64,000 bases of DNA, taken from NCBI GenBank assembly GCA_965243025.1, contig CBDETY010000003.1, forward strand, positions 4,288,001 to 4,352,000. The letters are read 5' to 3'. This DNA is from Candidatus Latescibacterota bacterium (lineage in GTDB: Bacteria > Latescibacterota > UBA2968 > UBA8231). This document shows positions 28,816 through 37,711 of the stretch, in pieces (within the stretch, counting starts at the first letter, position 1; each line of letters starts with the position of its first letter). A model generated the notes under the pieces. The model did no database searches. It was not told the DNA's origin and saw nothing but the letters and a program-made list of their open reading frames with translations. Made by a program: the position numbers and the translations under genes.

Positions 28816-31614
28816 ATGGCAGCGCAAGCCAAACTCACGCCAGCGATGCAGCAGTTCATGCGTTTCAAACGCCGGCACGCGGATGCCATCCTGTTTTTCC
28901 GCATGGGGGATTTCTACGAGATGTTCTACGACGACGCCAGGGAGGCGGCGTCGCTGCTGGGTCTGACCCTGACGACGCGGAACCACGGCCACGGCAGCGG
29001 CGAGGTTCCGCTGGCGGGAGTACCCCACCACGCTGCCGACCGCTATGTCGCCAGACTCGTGCAGATGGGGAAGAAGGTGGCCATCTGCGAGCAGGTCGAA
29101 GATCCAAAGGAAGCCAGGGGCATCGTAAAGCGGGACGTCGTGCAGGTGGTGTCGCCCGGCACCGCCCTCCTGGATTCGATGCTCGACGAGCACAGCAACA
29201 ACTACACGATAGCCCTGGTCCCCGGCGGGGAGGCGACGGACGAAGAGACCTGCGTCGGCCTCGCCGCGGTCGATCTGTCGACCGGCGACTTTTCGCTCGA
29301 CGAGCTGCCCGCTGCAGCAGTGGGAGACGAGTTGCAACGGATGGGCCCGGCGGAACTGGTCCTCGCCCAGTCCCTCGGCCAGGACTGGATGGGCATCGTC
29401 GAGGACAGCTCCCCCGGAGTGCCTGTCAGCCGCCTCGAGGACTGGCAGTTCGAGCACCGGCACGCCTACGAGTCCCTGACCGAGCAACTCGGAGTGCGCT
29501 CCCTGCGCAGCTTCGACTGCGACGACTGCGACCTGGCGGTCAGGGCGGCCGGCGGAGTGCTGGAGTACCTGCGGGAGAACCAGCGCGGCGCCGTCGCCCA
29601 CATCAACCGCATTCGCCGCCGGCGCCGCAACGACCACCTGTTCCTCGACGCGGCTGCGCAGCGCCATCTCGAGCTTTTCGCCACCAACCAGGAAAACAGC
29701 CGCGCCGGCTCCCTCATCGAGGTTCTCGACTGCACGCGCACCGCCATGGGGGCGCGCCTCCTGCGCCAATGGCTCGGCGCACCGCTGCTCGACGTCGCCG
29801 CGATCGGGCGCCGGCTCGACGACGTGGCTGCCCTGCTCGAATCGGCGTCGATCCGGGCCGGCCTCCGCCTGCAGCTCGGCGACGTCGGAGACCTCGAGCG
29901 CCTGATAGCTCGCATCTGTTGCGGGCGGGCGAACGCCCGGGACCTCACCGGGCTGGCCGGTTCGCTGGCCCGGGTACCGGAGGTCGCCAGGCTGGCGCGG
30001 GAACTGCCGCGGCCTGCCGGCCGGGAGCCGACCGGACTGGAACGGGCACTGTCCGCTCTTCCCGACACGACCGGGCTCGTCGACCTGATCGGCGCCGCCC
30101 TCGTCGACGATCCGCCCGCCTCGACAGGAGACGGCGGTCTCTTCCGCGACGGTTACGACGAGGAGCTCGACGAGCTCCGGGAGATTCAGTCAGGGGGAAG
30201 AGACTGGATCGCGCGCCTTCAGGCCGGCGAGCGGGAGCGCACCGGAATCGCCTCGCTGAAAGTCGGTTTCAACCAGGTGTTCGGCTACTACATCGAGGTC
30301 AGCAAGGCGAACCTCGCACGCGTTCCCGACGACTACGAGCGCAAGCAGACCCTGGCCAATGCCGAGCGCTACATCACCCCCGGCCTCAAGGAGCGCGAAG
30401 CGCAGATTCTCAACGCGACCGAGCGCATCGCCGAGCGCGAGAGCCGGCTGTTCGCCGAGCTCCGCGAACGCGTTTCCAGAAGGGCTCCCGAGGTGCAGGA
30501 GTGCGCCCGCGCCATAAGCGCCATCGACGTGCTGGCGGCCCTGGCTGAAACAGCGGAGGAAGGGGGGTACGCGCGCCCGGTGATCGACGACGGCCCCGCA
30601 ATCGAGATTTCCGGGGGGCGGCACCCCGTCGTCGAGCGCCAGCTCCGGGAGGGACGGTTCGTCCCCAACGACCTGCGCGTCGGCAGCGACGAGCAGATCC
30701 TCCTGATCACCGGTCCGAACATGGCGGGAAAAAGCACCGCGATACGCCAGCTCGGGATAACCGTCATCCTGGCGCAGATGGGAAGCTTCGTGCCGGCGCG
30801 GCAGGCGCGTATCGGGGTGGTCGACCGCATTTTCACCCGGGTCGGGGCCTCTGACAGCCTGGCGCGCGGGGAGAGCACTTTCATGGTGGAGATGATCGAG
30901 GCGGCGACGATCCTCAACAACGTCGCCGACCGCAGCCTGATCCTGATGGACGAGCTGGGCCGCGGCACGAGCACCTTCGACGGCTTGAGCCTCGCCTGGG
31001 CGATCGTCGAGCACCTCCACCAACGGGACGGGATCCGGCCCCGCATGTTGTTCGCGACCCACTATCACGAGCTCACCGAGCTGGAACAGAAGCTCGAGCG
31101 CGTGGTCAACTACAACGTCGCGGTTCGCGAAGAAGAGGACCGGGTGGTTTTCCTGCACCGGCTGGTGCCCGGTCCCGCCGACCGCAGCTACGGCATTCAC
31201 GTGGCCCAGATGGCGGGGATGCCGGGATCGGTTATCGAGCGCGCCCGCGAGATCCTGACGCGCCTGGAAAGCGAGCAGATCGACGCCGGGCAGATCCGCC
31301 CGGGCCCTGGAGCGGCCGCGGGCGAGCCGCCCTCCACCCCGTCACCGGAGAACGGAGACCCCCCCGAGGATGAGCGCCGTCTCCTGCGCGACCAGATGGA
31401 CCTTTTCGACCAACCGGGGGAGTGGCCGGCCGCCCTGCGGCTGCTGCGCGAGCTCGGGGAGCTGTCCCTCGACGACACCACGCCGATGCAGGCCCTGCAA
31501 CTGCTCCACCGCTGGCGGTCGGAATGCGACGGCAGCGGCTCCGGCGGCAGCGGGCCGGAAGGCGACTGTGGGACGGACAGCGCCGCGGCGGGAAGACCCA
31601 ACGGCCGCGGCTGA
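28816..31614 (+). CDS. mutS: DNA mismatch repair protein MutS
   Basis: TPAMQQF, FRMGDFYEMF, TGPNMAGKST, DELGRGTST, FATHYHEL. Confidence 0.98.
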   Translation: MAAQAKLTPAMQQFMRFKRRHADAILFFRMGDFYEMFYDDAREAASLLGLTLTTRNHGHGSGEVPLAGVPHHAADRYVARLVQMGKKVAICEQVEDPKEARGIVKRDVVQVVSPGTALLDSMLDEHSNNYTIALVPGGEATDEETCVGLAAVDLSTGDFSLDELPAAAVGDELQRMGPAELVLAQSLGQDWMGIVEDSSPGVPVSRLEDWQFEHRHAYESLTEQLGVRSLRSFDCDDCDLAVRAAGGVLEYLRENQRGAVAHINRIRRRRRNDHLFLDAAAQRHLELFATNQENSRAGSLIEVLDCTRTAMGARLLRQWLGAPLLDVAAIGRRLDDVAALLESASIRAGLRLQLGDVGDLERLIARICCGRANARDLTGLAGSLARVPEVARLARELPRPAGREPTGLERALSALPDTTGLVDLIGAALVDDPPASTGDGGLFRDGYDEELDELREIQSGGRDWIARLQAGERERTGIASLKVGFNQVFGYYIEVSKANLARVPDDYERKQTLANAERYITPGLKEREAQILNATERIAERESRLFAELRERVSRRAPEVQECARAISAIDVLAALAETAEEGGYARPVIDDGPAIEISGGRHPVVERQLREGRFVPNDLRVGSDEQILLITGPNMAGKSTAIRQLGITVILAQMGSFVPARQARIGVVDRIFTRVGASDSLARGESTFMVEMIEAATILNNVADRSLILMDELGRGTSTFDGLSLAWAIVEHLHQRDGIRPRMLFATHYHELTELEQKLERVVNYNVAVREEEDRVVFLHRLVPGPADRSYGIHVAQMAGMPGSVIERAREILTRLESEQIDAGQIRPGPGAAAGEPPSTPSPENGDPPEDERRLLRDQMDLFDQPGEWPAALRLLRELGELSLDDTTPMQALQLLHRWRSECDGSGSGGSGPEGDCGTDSAAAGRPNGRG

Positions 31615-31755
31615 CCCGGCGGCCGCGACCACGTGGCGGCCTCCTGATTGCCGAGAGCCCGGGGCCGGCGCCCCCCGGCGAGGACATTCTCTTCCCCGGG
31701 ATCGGTTGGCACTGTCCCTTCCATACCCTGCACCCAACCCGGCGGCAGCCCTGCC

Positions 31756-32529
31756 GTGAACTCCCGCGGAACCGGCGCCAGACCGGTAGAGGACGATCTC
31801 CTGTTCGGACGGAACGCCGTGCGCGCCGCTCTCCAGGGCGGGCGCCCGCTTCGCCGGGTCGTCGTCAGCCGCCAGGCTTCCGGGGCGACGGTCGAGGAGA
31901 TCGTCGCCCTCGCCCGGAACACCGGTATCCCCGTCCTGTTTCGCCCGCGCGCCGAGCTCGACCGCCTTGCCGGGCGCCGCCACCAGGGAGTGGTCGCCCT
32001 GGTCGCCGCTCGTCCCTTCGCCGATTTCGAAAAACTCCTGTCCCGGCTGGACGAGACCGCCTTCCTGGTCTTTCTCGACCGCGTTCAGGACCCGCACAAT
32101 CTCGGAGCCGTCATTCGCAGCGCCTGCGTCACCGGCGCGGACGGAGTCGTCATTCCGCAGCGCCAGTCCGCCGGTCTGACCGGGGCCGTCGCCAAAGCCT
32201 CGGCCGGGGCCGTCGACCACATCCCGGTATGCCGGGTGCGCAACCTCAAGGACGCCATCCTGCAGGCGAAGGCCGCCGGGCTGTGGATCACCGGACTTTC
32301 CCCCGAGGCGCCGCGCAGCTTCACCGAGGTCGACTACAAGGGGCCGACCGCGATTGTCGTGGGAGGGGAGGACCGCGGTATCAGGCGCACCGTTGCCGAG
32401 GCCTGCGATTTCGCGGTAAGCATCCCGATGGTCAGGGGGGAGGTCACCGGTTCTCTCAATGCTTCGGTCGCGGCGGGAATCGCCCTGTTCGAGGTGTACC
32501 GCCAGCGCTCTGGGGGCAAGCGGCGATGA
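31756..32529 (+). CDS. rlmB: 23S rRNA Gm2251 methyltransferase (SPOUT)
   Basis: HQGVVA, LDRVQDPHNLGA.IRSA, G.E..G, SLNASVA. Confidence 0.92.
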   Translation: MNSRGTGARPVEDDLLFGRNAVRAALQGGRPLRRVVVSRQASGATVEEIVALARNTGIPVLFRPRAELDRLAGRRHQGVVALVAARPFADFEKLLSRLDETAFLVFLDRVQDPHNLGAVIRSACVTGADGVVIPQRQSAGLTGAVAKASAGAVDHIPVCRVRNLKDAILQAKAAGLWITGLSPEAPRSFTEVDYKGPTAIVVGGEDRGIRRTVAEACDFAVSIPMVRGEVTGSLNASVAAGIALFEVYRQRSGGKRR

Positions 32530-35024
32530 GGTCAGTCTGGAGGCGACATCTCGCCGGGCTCCTGTTCCTGCCGGCGGCCGCGGTCGGGGATGCCGACACC
32601 GATCCCCCCGCAGCCTCCCCTGCGGACTCGAGCGTTGCCGAGAGAGTGCTCCCCCCTCCGGAAGAGGTCGGCGCCGTTCCGGACGGAGAGGACAGCTTCA
32701 GGTACACCGCCGACACCTACGTCCATTCCCTTCGCGGCGACTCGCTGCTCCTGCGGGGCAACGCCGTCGTTCATCAGCGCGGCGCCCGCCTGCAGGCCGC
32801 CGAGATCGTCTACCACCGGGGCCGCGAACTGGTGGTCGCCCGCTCTCCCGCCATCAGCAACGGAGATACGACCGGGATGCCCACCCTCACCCAGGGGAAG
32901 GACGCGATCCGGGGCCGCCGGATTCTGTACGATATGGATTCGGGGGAGGGAACGATCTTCGACGGCCGTATCCGCTTCAAGGAGGGCTTCTACAGCGGCA
33001 ACCGCATCGACACGCGCGGCGAAGAGGAGTTCCACGTGCACTCGGGGTCGTACACGACCTGCGATCTCCCCGAGCCCCACTTCGATTTCTACAGTCCCCG
33101 GATCAAGGTCCTGGCCGGCGAGATGGCGATCGCCCGCCCGGTCTACCTGCGCATAGGGGGAAAGCGGGTCGCCGTGGCCCCCTTCTACGTCTTCTCCCTG
33201 CGGGAGAACCGCCAGTCGGGGCTCCTGACGCCGAGCTTCGGACAACGGCCGGTGCGCTTCAACAGCAGCCAGTCGGAGTGGGAAGTCCGCAACCTCGGCT
33301 ACTACCTCGCCCCCAGCGACTACTGGGACCTGCGCCTTTCCGCCGACCTGCGCCAGCGCTCCGGCTGGCTGGGCCGCGTCGCCCTGGCGTACGCGCGGCG
33401 CTACTACTTCGACGGCATGGTCGACACCCGCATCGAGAACCGTCAATCCGACACGGGAACGCGCTGGGAGTGGTGGACGAACCTGCGCCACAACCAGCAG
33501 CTGGGAGAATCGGCCAGCCTGCGCGGGGCCGGGACCTTCCAGAGCAGCAAGGACGTCGTGCGCGACAACAGCACCCGCCTCGGAGAGCGCCTGACCCGGA
33601 CGCTGCGCTCGAACCTGCGGTTCAACAAGCGCTGGCGCGAACCGGGATACAGTCTCAGCGTCAACGCCAGCCGCACGGAAAACCTCGACACCGGGCGCTT
33701 CGACACGGTGCTGCCCGAAGTCAGCCTCCGCCGCAACCGCCGCTCGCTATTCGGTGCACCCGGAAAATGGGGAAAACAGCAGTCCGCCTGGTATCACCGC
33801 ATCTACTACGACGGCAGCGCCCGCCTGCGCAACACGCGCCGGGGAACCCCTGCCGACACGACGAGCCGCACGAGCGGCGAGGTCGCCCTCGGTCTTTCGA
33901 CGCAGCAGCGCCCCGCGAACTGGCTCAGCCTGAGCTCGGGCCTGTCGCAACGCTGGCGCGACGCCGACCTGCGCAGCTCCGAGGCCCGGTACGAGAACCT
34001 CGGCAGCACCCAGGCGCGCGCAGCTGCCACCCTGTCGCAAACTGTCTACGGGTTGTTCACGCCCCAGGTCTGGCGGGTGACGGCGGTGCGGCACGTCGTC
34101 AAGCCGGACATCGGCGTCAACTACGGGGCGACCCGAATCGACACCGGGGCAACCCTGGGAGCAGGCGGGCGCCCTTCCCCGTGGCGGCAGAGCCGCCGCC
34201 TCACCATGCGGCTGAGCAACAGTTTCTGGCTCAAGCTCCTGCACGAGGAGGAGGAATCGAAACACCGCGTCGCCCAGGTCAACCTCTCGACTTCGTACGA
34301 TATCGACAAAAAGAGCCGCCCCCTGTCCGATCTCGTGTCGAGCGCAACCGTCGACGCCGGGCCGTTCAACGCGCGGGTGAGGCTGCGTTCGGAATTCTAC
34401 GACGACGCTGACGAGTTCCGCGGGGCGCCGGCGCTGCGCCAGTTCGAGATCAATTCCAGCTTTCGCCTGCAGAGGCGAGCCGGACGGAAAGAAGGTGGGC
34501 GGCAGCCATCCGCTTCCGGCGGCCGGGGCAGCGACCTCGATTACGGGGAAGCATACCGCGGCGGGTATGGGGCCGGGACTACCGGCTCGGGGCGCAGCTA
34601 CGGGTACGGGTCCGGAAGCGCCGGGTTGGGCCGCGGCGGCTACGGCTACGAGAGCGGCCTGCATCGCGACCTGGACCGGCGCGGCACGCAACGGCTGCAG
34701 ATCGGGCACTACTATTCGCGCAGCAAGAGCTTCGGCCGCATCCGGGAGCGCTCCTGGCTGCGCGGCTCGTTCACCTGGTCCTGGCGGCGGACATGGCACT
34801 TACATTATTCGGTGAGCTACAACCTCGAATCCCCGCTGCCCCTGCTCGACCGGGAGCGGGTGACCGCCGAACTGCTGTCGCTGCAGCGGGAGTTCCACGA
34901 CTGGACGGCGACCTTCAACCTCGAACCGACTCGTTTTGCCCGGACCCGCGCCTTCTATTTCAAGGCCCAGCTCAAGGATATTCCGCAGATCCGCTTCGAG
35001 CGCGGCGACCGCCGCAGGCGCTAG
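32526..35024 (+). CDS. lptD: LptD-like LPS assembly outer membrane protein
   Basis: OstA-like N-domain (L.GNAVV...LQA.EI.Y), YTTCD...PH, RQSGLL.P.FG, beta-barrel region; ATGA overlap with rlmB. Confidence 0.8.
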   Translation: MRSVWRRHLAGLLFLPAAAVGDADTDPPAASPADSSVAERVLPPPEEVGAVPDGEDSFRYTADTYVHSLRGDSLLLRGNAVVHQRGARLQAAEIVYHRGRELVVARSPAISNGDTTGMPTLTQGKDAIRGRRILYDMDSGEGTIFDGRIRFKEGFYSGNRIDTRGEEEFHVHSGSYTTCDLPEPHFDFYSPRIKVLAGEMAIARPVYLRIGGKRVAVAPFYVFSLRENRQSGLLTPSFGQRPVRFNSSQSEWEVRNLGYYLAPSDYWDLRLSADLRQRSGWLGRVALAYARRYYFDGMVDTRIENRQSDTGTRWEWWTNLRHNQQLGESASLRGAGTFQSSKDVVRDNSTRLGERLTRTLRSNLRFNKRWREPGYSLSVNASRTENLDTGRFDTVLPEVSLRRNRRSLFGAPGKWGKQQSAWYHRIYYDGSARLRNTRRGTPADTTSRTSGEVALGLSTQQRPANWLSLSSGLSQRWRDADLRSSEARYENLGSTQARAAATLSQTVYGLFTPQVWRVTAVRHVVKPDIGVNYGATRIDTGATLGAGGRPSPWRQSRRLTMRLSNSFWLKLLHEEEESKHRVAQVNLSTSYDIDKKSRPLSDLVSSATVDAGPFNARVRLRSEFYDDADEFRGAPALRQFEINSSFRLQRRAGRKEGGRQPSASGGRGSDLDYGEAYRGGYGAGTTGSGRSYGYGSGSAGLGRGGYGYESGLHRDLDRRGTQRLQIGHYYSRSKSFGRIRERSWLRGSFTWSWRRTWHLHYSVSYNLESPLPLLDRERVTAELLSLQREFHDWTATFNLEPTRFARTRAFYFKAQLKDIPQIRFERGDRRRR

Positions 35025-35188
35025 TGCCCCGTCGCAGAAATATCTCGACATTGGGATGCCGATCCATCCCGGCTCACGGCGTTGCCTTCGCTCGCCGTAC
35101 ACCCTCGGTACGACTCGCTCAGGCGCCTTGTGAGCCGGGCGCCTCGGCATCCCAATTTTGTCAATCTATCTCTGCGACGGGACACTAG
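35021..35188. mobile_element. ERIC/IRU-like miniature inverted-repeat element, intact copy (168 bp)
   Basis: Termini CTAGTGCCCCGTCGCAGA / TCTGCGACGGGACACTAG (1 mismatch); nested IRs ttgggatgccga/tcggcatcccaa and cccggctcac/gtgagccggg. Confidence 0.8.
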
Positions 35189-35263
35189 CGGCGCGCTGCG
35201 GTCCGGCTCGATTCTCGACGCCGCCGACGGATCCTTTCGATAGCGAATTACCGGACTGGAACG

Positions 35264-35430
35264 CAGTGCCCCGTCTCAGGAATATGTCGCCATTGGAACG
35301 CCGATCGATCCCGGCTCACGGCGTTGCCTTCGCTCGCCGTACACCCTCGGCACGACTCGCCCGTGCGCCTTGTGACCCGGGCGCCTCCCCGTTCCAGTTT
35401 TGCCAATCCGTCTCTGCGACGGGGCACTGG
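35264..35430. mobile_element. ERIC/IRU-like miniature inverted-repeat element, second copy
   Basis: Same core (ccggctcacggcgttgccttcgctcgccgtacaccctcgg) and termini cagtgccccgtc / gacggggcactg. Confidence 0.8.
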
Positions 35431-35870
35431 TGAGAATCCTCGTTCAGCGGGTCAGCAGCGCCCGGGTCTCCGTCGCGGAAGAAACCGTGGGGGCCATCGA
35501 CCGCGGCCTCGTGCTGCTCGTCGGAGTCCACGCCGAAGACGACGACGACGACGCCCGGTTCTGCGCCGACAAGTGCGCCAACCTGCGCATATTCCCCGAC
35601 GGGCAGGGGCGGATGAACCGCTCCCTTCTGGAAACGGGAGGTGCGGTTCTGGCGATCTCCCAGTTCACCCTCTACGGGGACTGCCGCCGCGGCCGGCGCC
35701 CCAGCTTTGTCGAAGCGGCGCGTCCCGAGCTTGCCGAGCCGCTCTACGAGCGTTTCGTCGAGCTTCTCGAGGGCCTGGGAATAACGGTTGCGCGCGGCGT
35801 GTTCGGCGCCTTCATGGAGGTCGAAATCCACAACGACGGACCGGTTACCGTCATCGTAGAAAGTCCCTGA
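35430..35870 (+). CDS. dtd: D-aminoacyl-tRNA deacylase
   Basis: (M)RILVQRV, SQFTL, GRRPSF, FGAFM.V...NDGPVT. Confidence 0.96.
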   Translation: MRILVQRVSSARVSVAEETVGAIDRGLVLLVGVHAEDDDDDARFCADKCANLRIFPDGQGRMNRSLLETGGAVLAISQFTLYGDCRRGRRPSFVEAARPELAEPLYERFVELLEGLGITVARGVFGAFMEVEIHNDGPVTVIVESP

Positions 35871-35875
35871 ACTGA

Positions 35876-36544
35876 ATGGATCCGGCCCTGTACCTCGTGC
35901 TCGCGTCCGCCTCCCCGCGCCGCGTCGCCCTGCTGCATCAGCTCGGCCTGAAGTTCGAGCAGCACCCCAGTCCGGAGGAGGAACCTGCCCCGGGAACATC
36001 GTCCCCGCGCGACCACGCCTTGGCCGCGGCCGCGGCCAAGGCCGCGGCAGTTCACGGGGCCCTGCGAGCCTGGCGCCGGGGCTCGACCGCGATCGTGATC
36101 GGCGCGGATACCGTGGTCGGTCTGGACGACGGCATCCTCGGCAAACCGCGGGACACCGGGGATGCCGCCGCCATGCTCCAGAGCCTGTCGGGAAGGCGGC
36201 ACGAGGTCTTCACCGGAATCTTCCTGAAAGGACCCGGGGACCGGGAAGCCGTCGACTGCGTCCGCACCGAGGTGCGTATGCGAACCCTGTCAGCGGAAGA
36301 GATCGAATGCTACGTGGAGAGCGGAGAACCGATGGACAAGGCGGGCTCGTACGCCATCCAGGGAAGGGGAGCCCGCTTCGTTGAAAGTATAAATGGCTGT
36401 TATTATAATGTTGTTGGCCTGCCGATAGCTCGCTTGAGCGCAATGCTCGAAGAGCTGGGGTTCGATTTTTCCAGCTGTCGACGACCCCCGTCCGCAGATG
36501 CAACGAGGCCCTGCCACGGCCACGGAGGCCGTAATGCCGAGTGA
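35876..36544 (+). CDS. maf: Maf family nucleotide pyrophosphatase
   Basis: LASASPRR, GADTVV, GKP, DKAGSYAIQG, NVVGLP. Confidence 0.95.
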   Translation: MDPALYLVLASASPRRVALLHQLGLKFEQHPSPEEEPAPGTSSPRDHALAAAAAKAAAVHGALRAWRRGSTAIVIGADTVVGLDDGILGKPRDTGDAAAMLQSLSGRRHEVFTGIFLKGPGDREAVDCVRTEVRMRTLSAEEIECYVESGEPMDKAGSYAIQGRGARFVESINGCYYNVVGLPIARLSAMLEELGFDFSSCRRPPSADATRPCHGHGGRNAE

Positions 36545-36637
36545 ACCGTGAGGTGCGCTTTTCCCTCCTCCGGTCCCTCCGATTTCTACCTCCTTTCCAT
36601 AATCTCCCCGGACCTTTCCCCCCTGGAGATTCAACCG

Positions 36638-37711
36638 ATGAGTGAGGATCTCTCCCTCGGTGCCCTGCTCAGGGAGGCGCGCGAACGCCGCGGAGAGACT
36701 CTCGAGCAGGTTCAACAACAGACCGCGATCAGCCTCCGCCTTCTGCGAGAACTCGAAAACGACGAATTCCGGATCGAGCCGGTGTACGCGCGGCTGGCTG
36801 CGGTCAACTACGCGTCCTACCTCGGCCTCGACTCCGAGGCAACGACCCTCTTCGACCGCCAGTACGGCCGCCCCGACATTCCGGCACCTTCCTATTCCCG
36901 GGACTATGGAACGAGTCCGTTTCCCGTCCTTGCGACCCGGTTACCCGCCCGTATCGGGCCGCTTCCGGCCGTCTTGGCGATCGTGGTAGGAACTGCAGCC
37001 GTCGCCGCCGTCGTTGTGCTCGCCATCTTTCTTTCAGGAACCCCCGAAGAGCCTGCGCCCCCGTCTGCGGGTGCGGAGGAGATACCCCCGGCCCGGCCCC
37101 TGGAAGATGCCCCCGGTGAAGCCGAACCGGGTCCGGACGGAGCAGGACTCGCACCGGTTGCCTCTCTCGAGACCCCGCCGGCTCACTTGGCGGAAACCTC
37201 GATCGCCTCAGACAGCGCCGATGCCGGAGTCGGGGTAACGGCTGCAGCGGACATCGTCGAAGAGGGGGAGGCCGTGGATGCATCCGTTCCAGGCGCATTG
37301 GACTCCGGGACCGCGCTCGAAGAGGAGCCGGAGGGCGCCGAGAGACCGGGGGTTGCCGACCTCGCCGCTCCCCTGGTTCTGAGAGCCGAGGCGATCGATT
37401 CCACCTGGGTGCGGATCGAGTGGGACGGCGGGGCCGGCGCCGCGGAGGAGATAATCCCCGGGGGAGAATCGAGGCAGTGGGGGGCGGCCGACAATTTCCT
37501 GGTCTTTGCCGGACGCCCCCACGGGGTGCGGTTCTATCTCCAGGGACAGCTGTTGGGGGGCGGCAGACTCGGGGACCCGACCCGGGTGCTGCGGTTCCGG
37601 GCCTCCGCCGAGCAAGTGGTCCTGCTGAGGCCGGATCTTACGCCTGTCTCCGCGTTCCCTGTCGGTGATTCGGACGCGGAAGCGAGCCCCGGAGAACCGC
37701 GAACCCGATGA
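36638..37711 (+). CDS. rodZ: RodZ-like HTH membrane protein
   Basis: LG.LLREARE HTH, YA.YLGLD, TM helix, acidic linker, C-terminal L.L.A...TWV.I..DG domain. Confidence 0.8.
   Translation: MSEDLSLGALLREARERRGETLEQVQQQTAISLRLLRELENDEFRIEPVYARLAAVNYASYLGLDSEATTLFDRQYGRPDIPAPSYSRDYGTSPFPVLATRLPARIGPLPAVLAIVVGTAAVAAVVVLAIFLSGTPEEPAPPSAGAEEIPPARPLEDAPGEAEPGPDGAGLAPVASLETPPAHLAETSIASDSADAGVGVTAAADIVEEGEAVDASVPGALDSGTALEEEPEGAERPGVADLAAPLVLRAEAIDSTWVRIEWDGGAGAAEEIIPGGESRQWGAADNFLVFAGRPHGVRFYLQGQLLGGGRLGDPTRVLRFRASAEQVVLLRPDLTPVSAFPVGDSDAEASPGEPRTR

Noticed and set aside
35021-35430. Repeat doublet as CRISPR or as ORFs 34793-35188 / 35158-35433
   Set aside because: Units are ~167 bp with terminal IRs; the similar peptides (RSIPAHGVAFARRTPS) are just translations of the repeat
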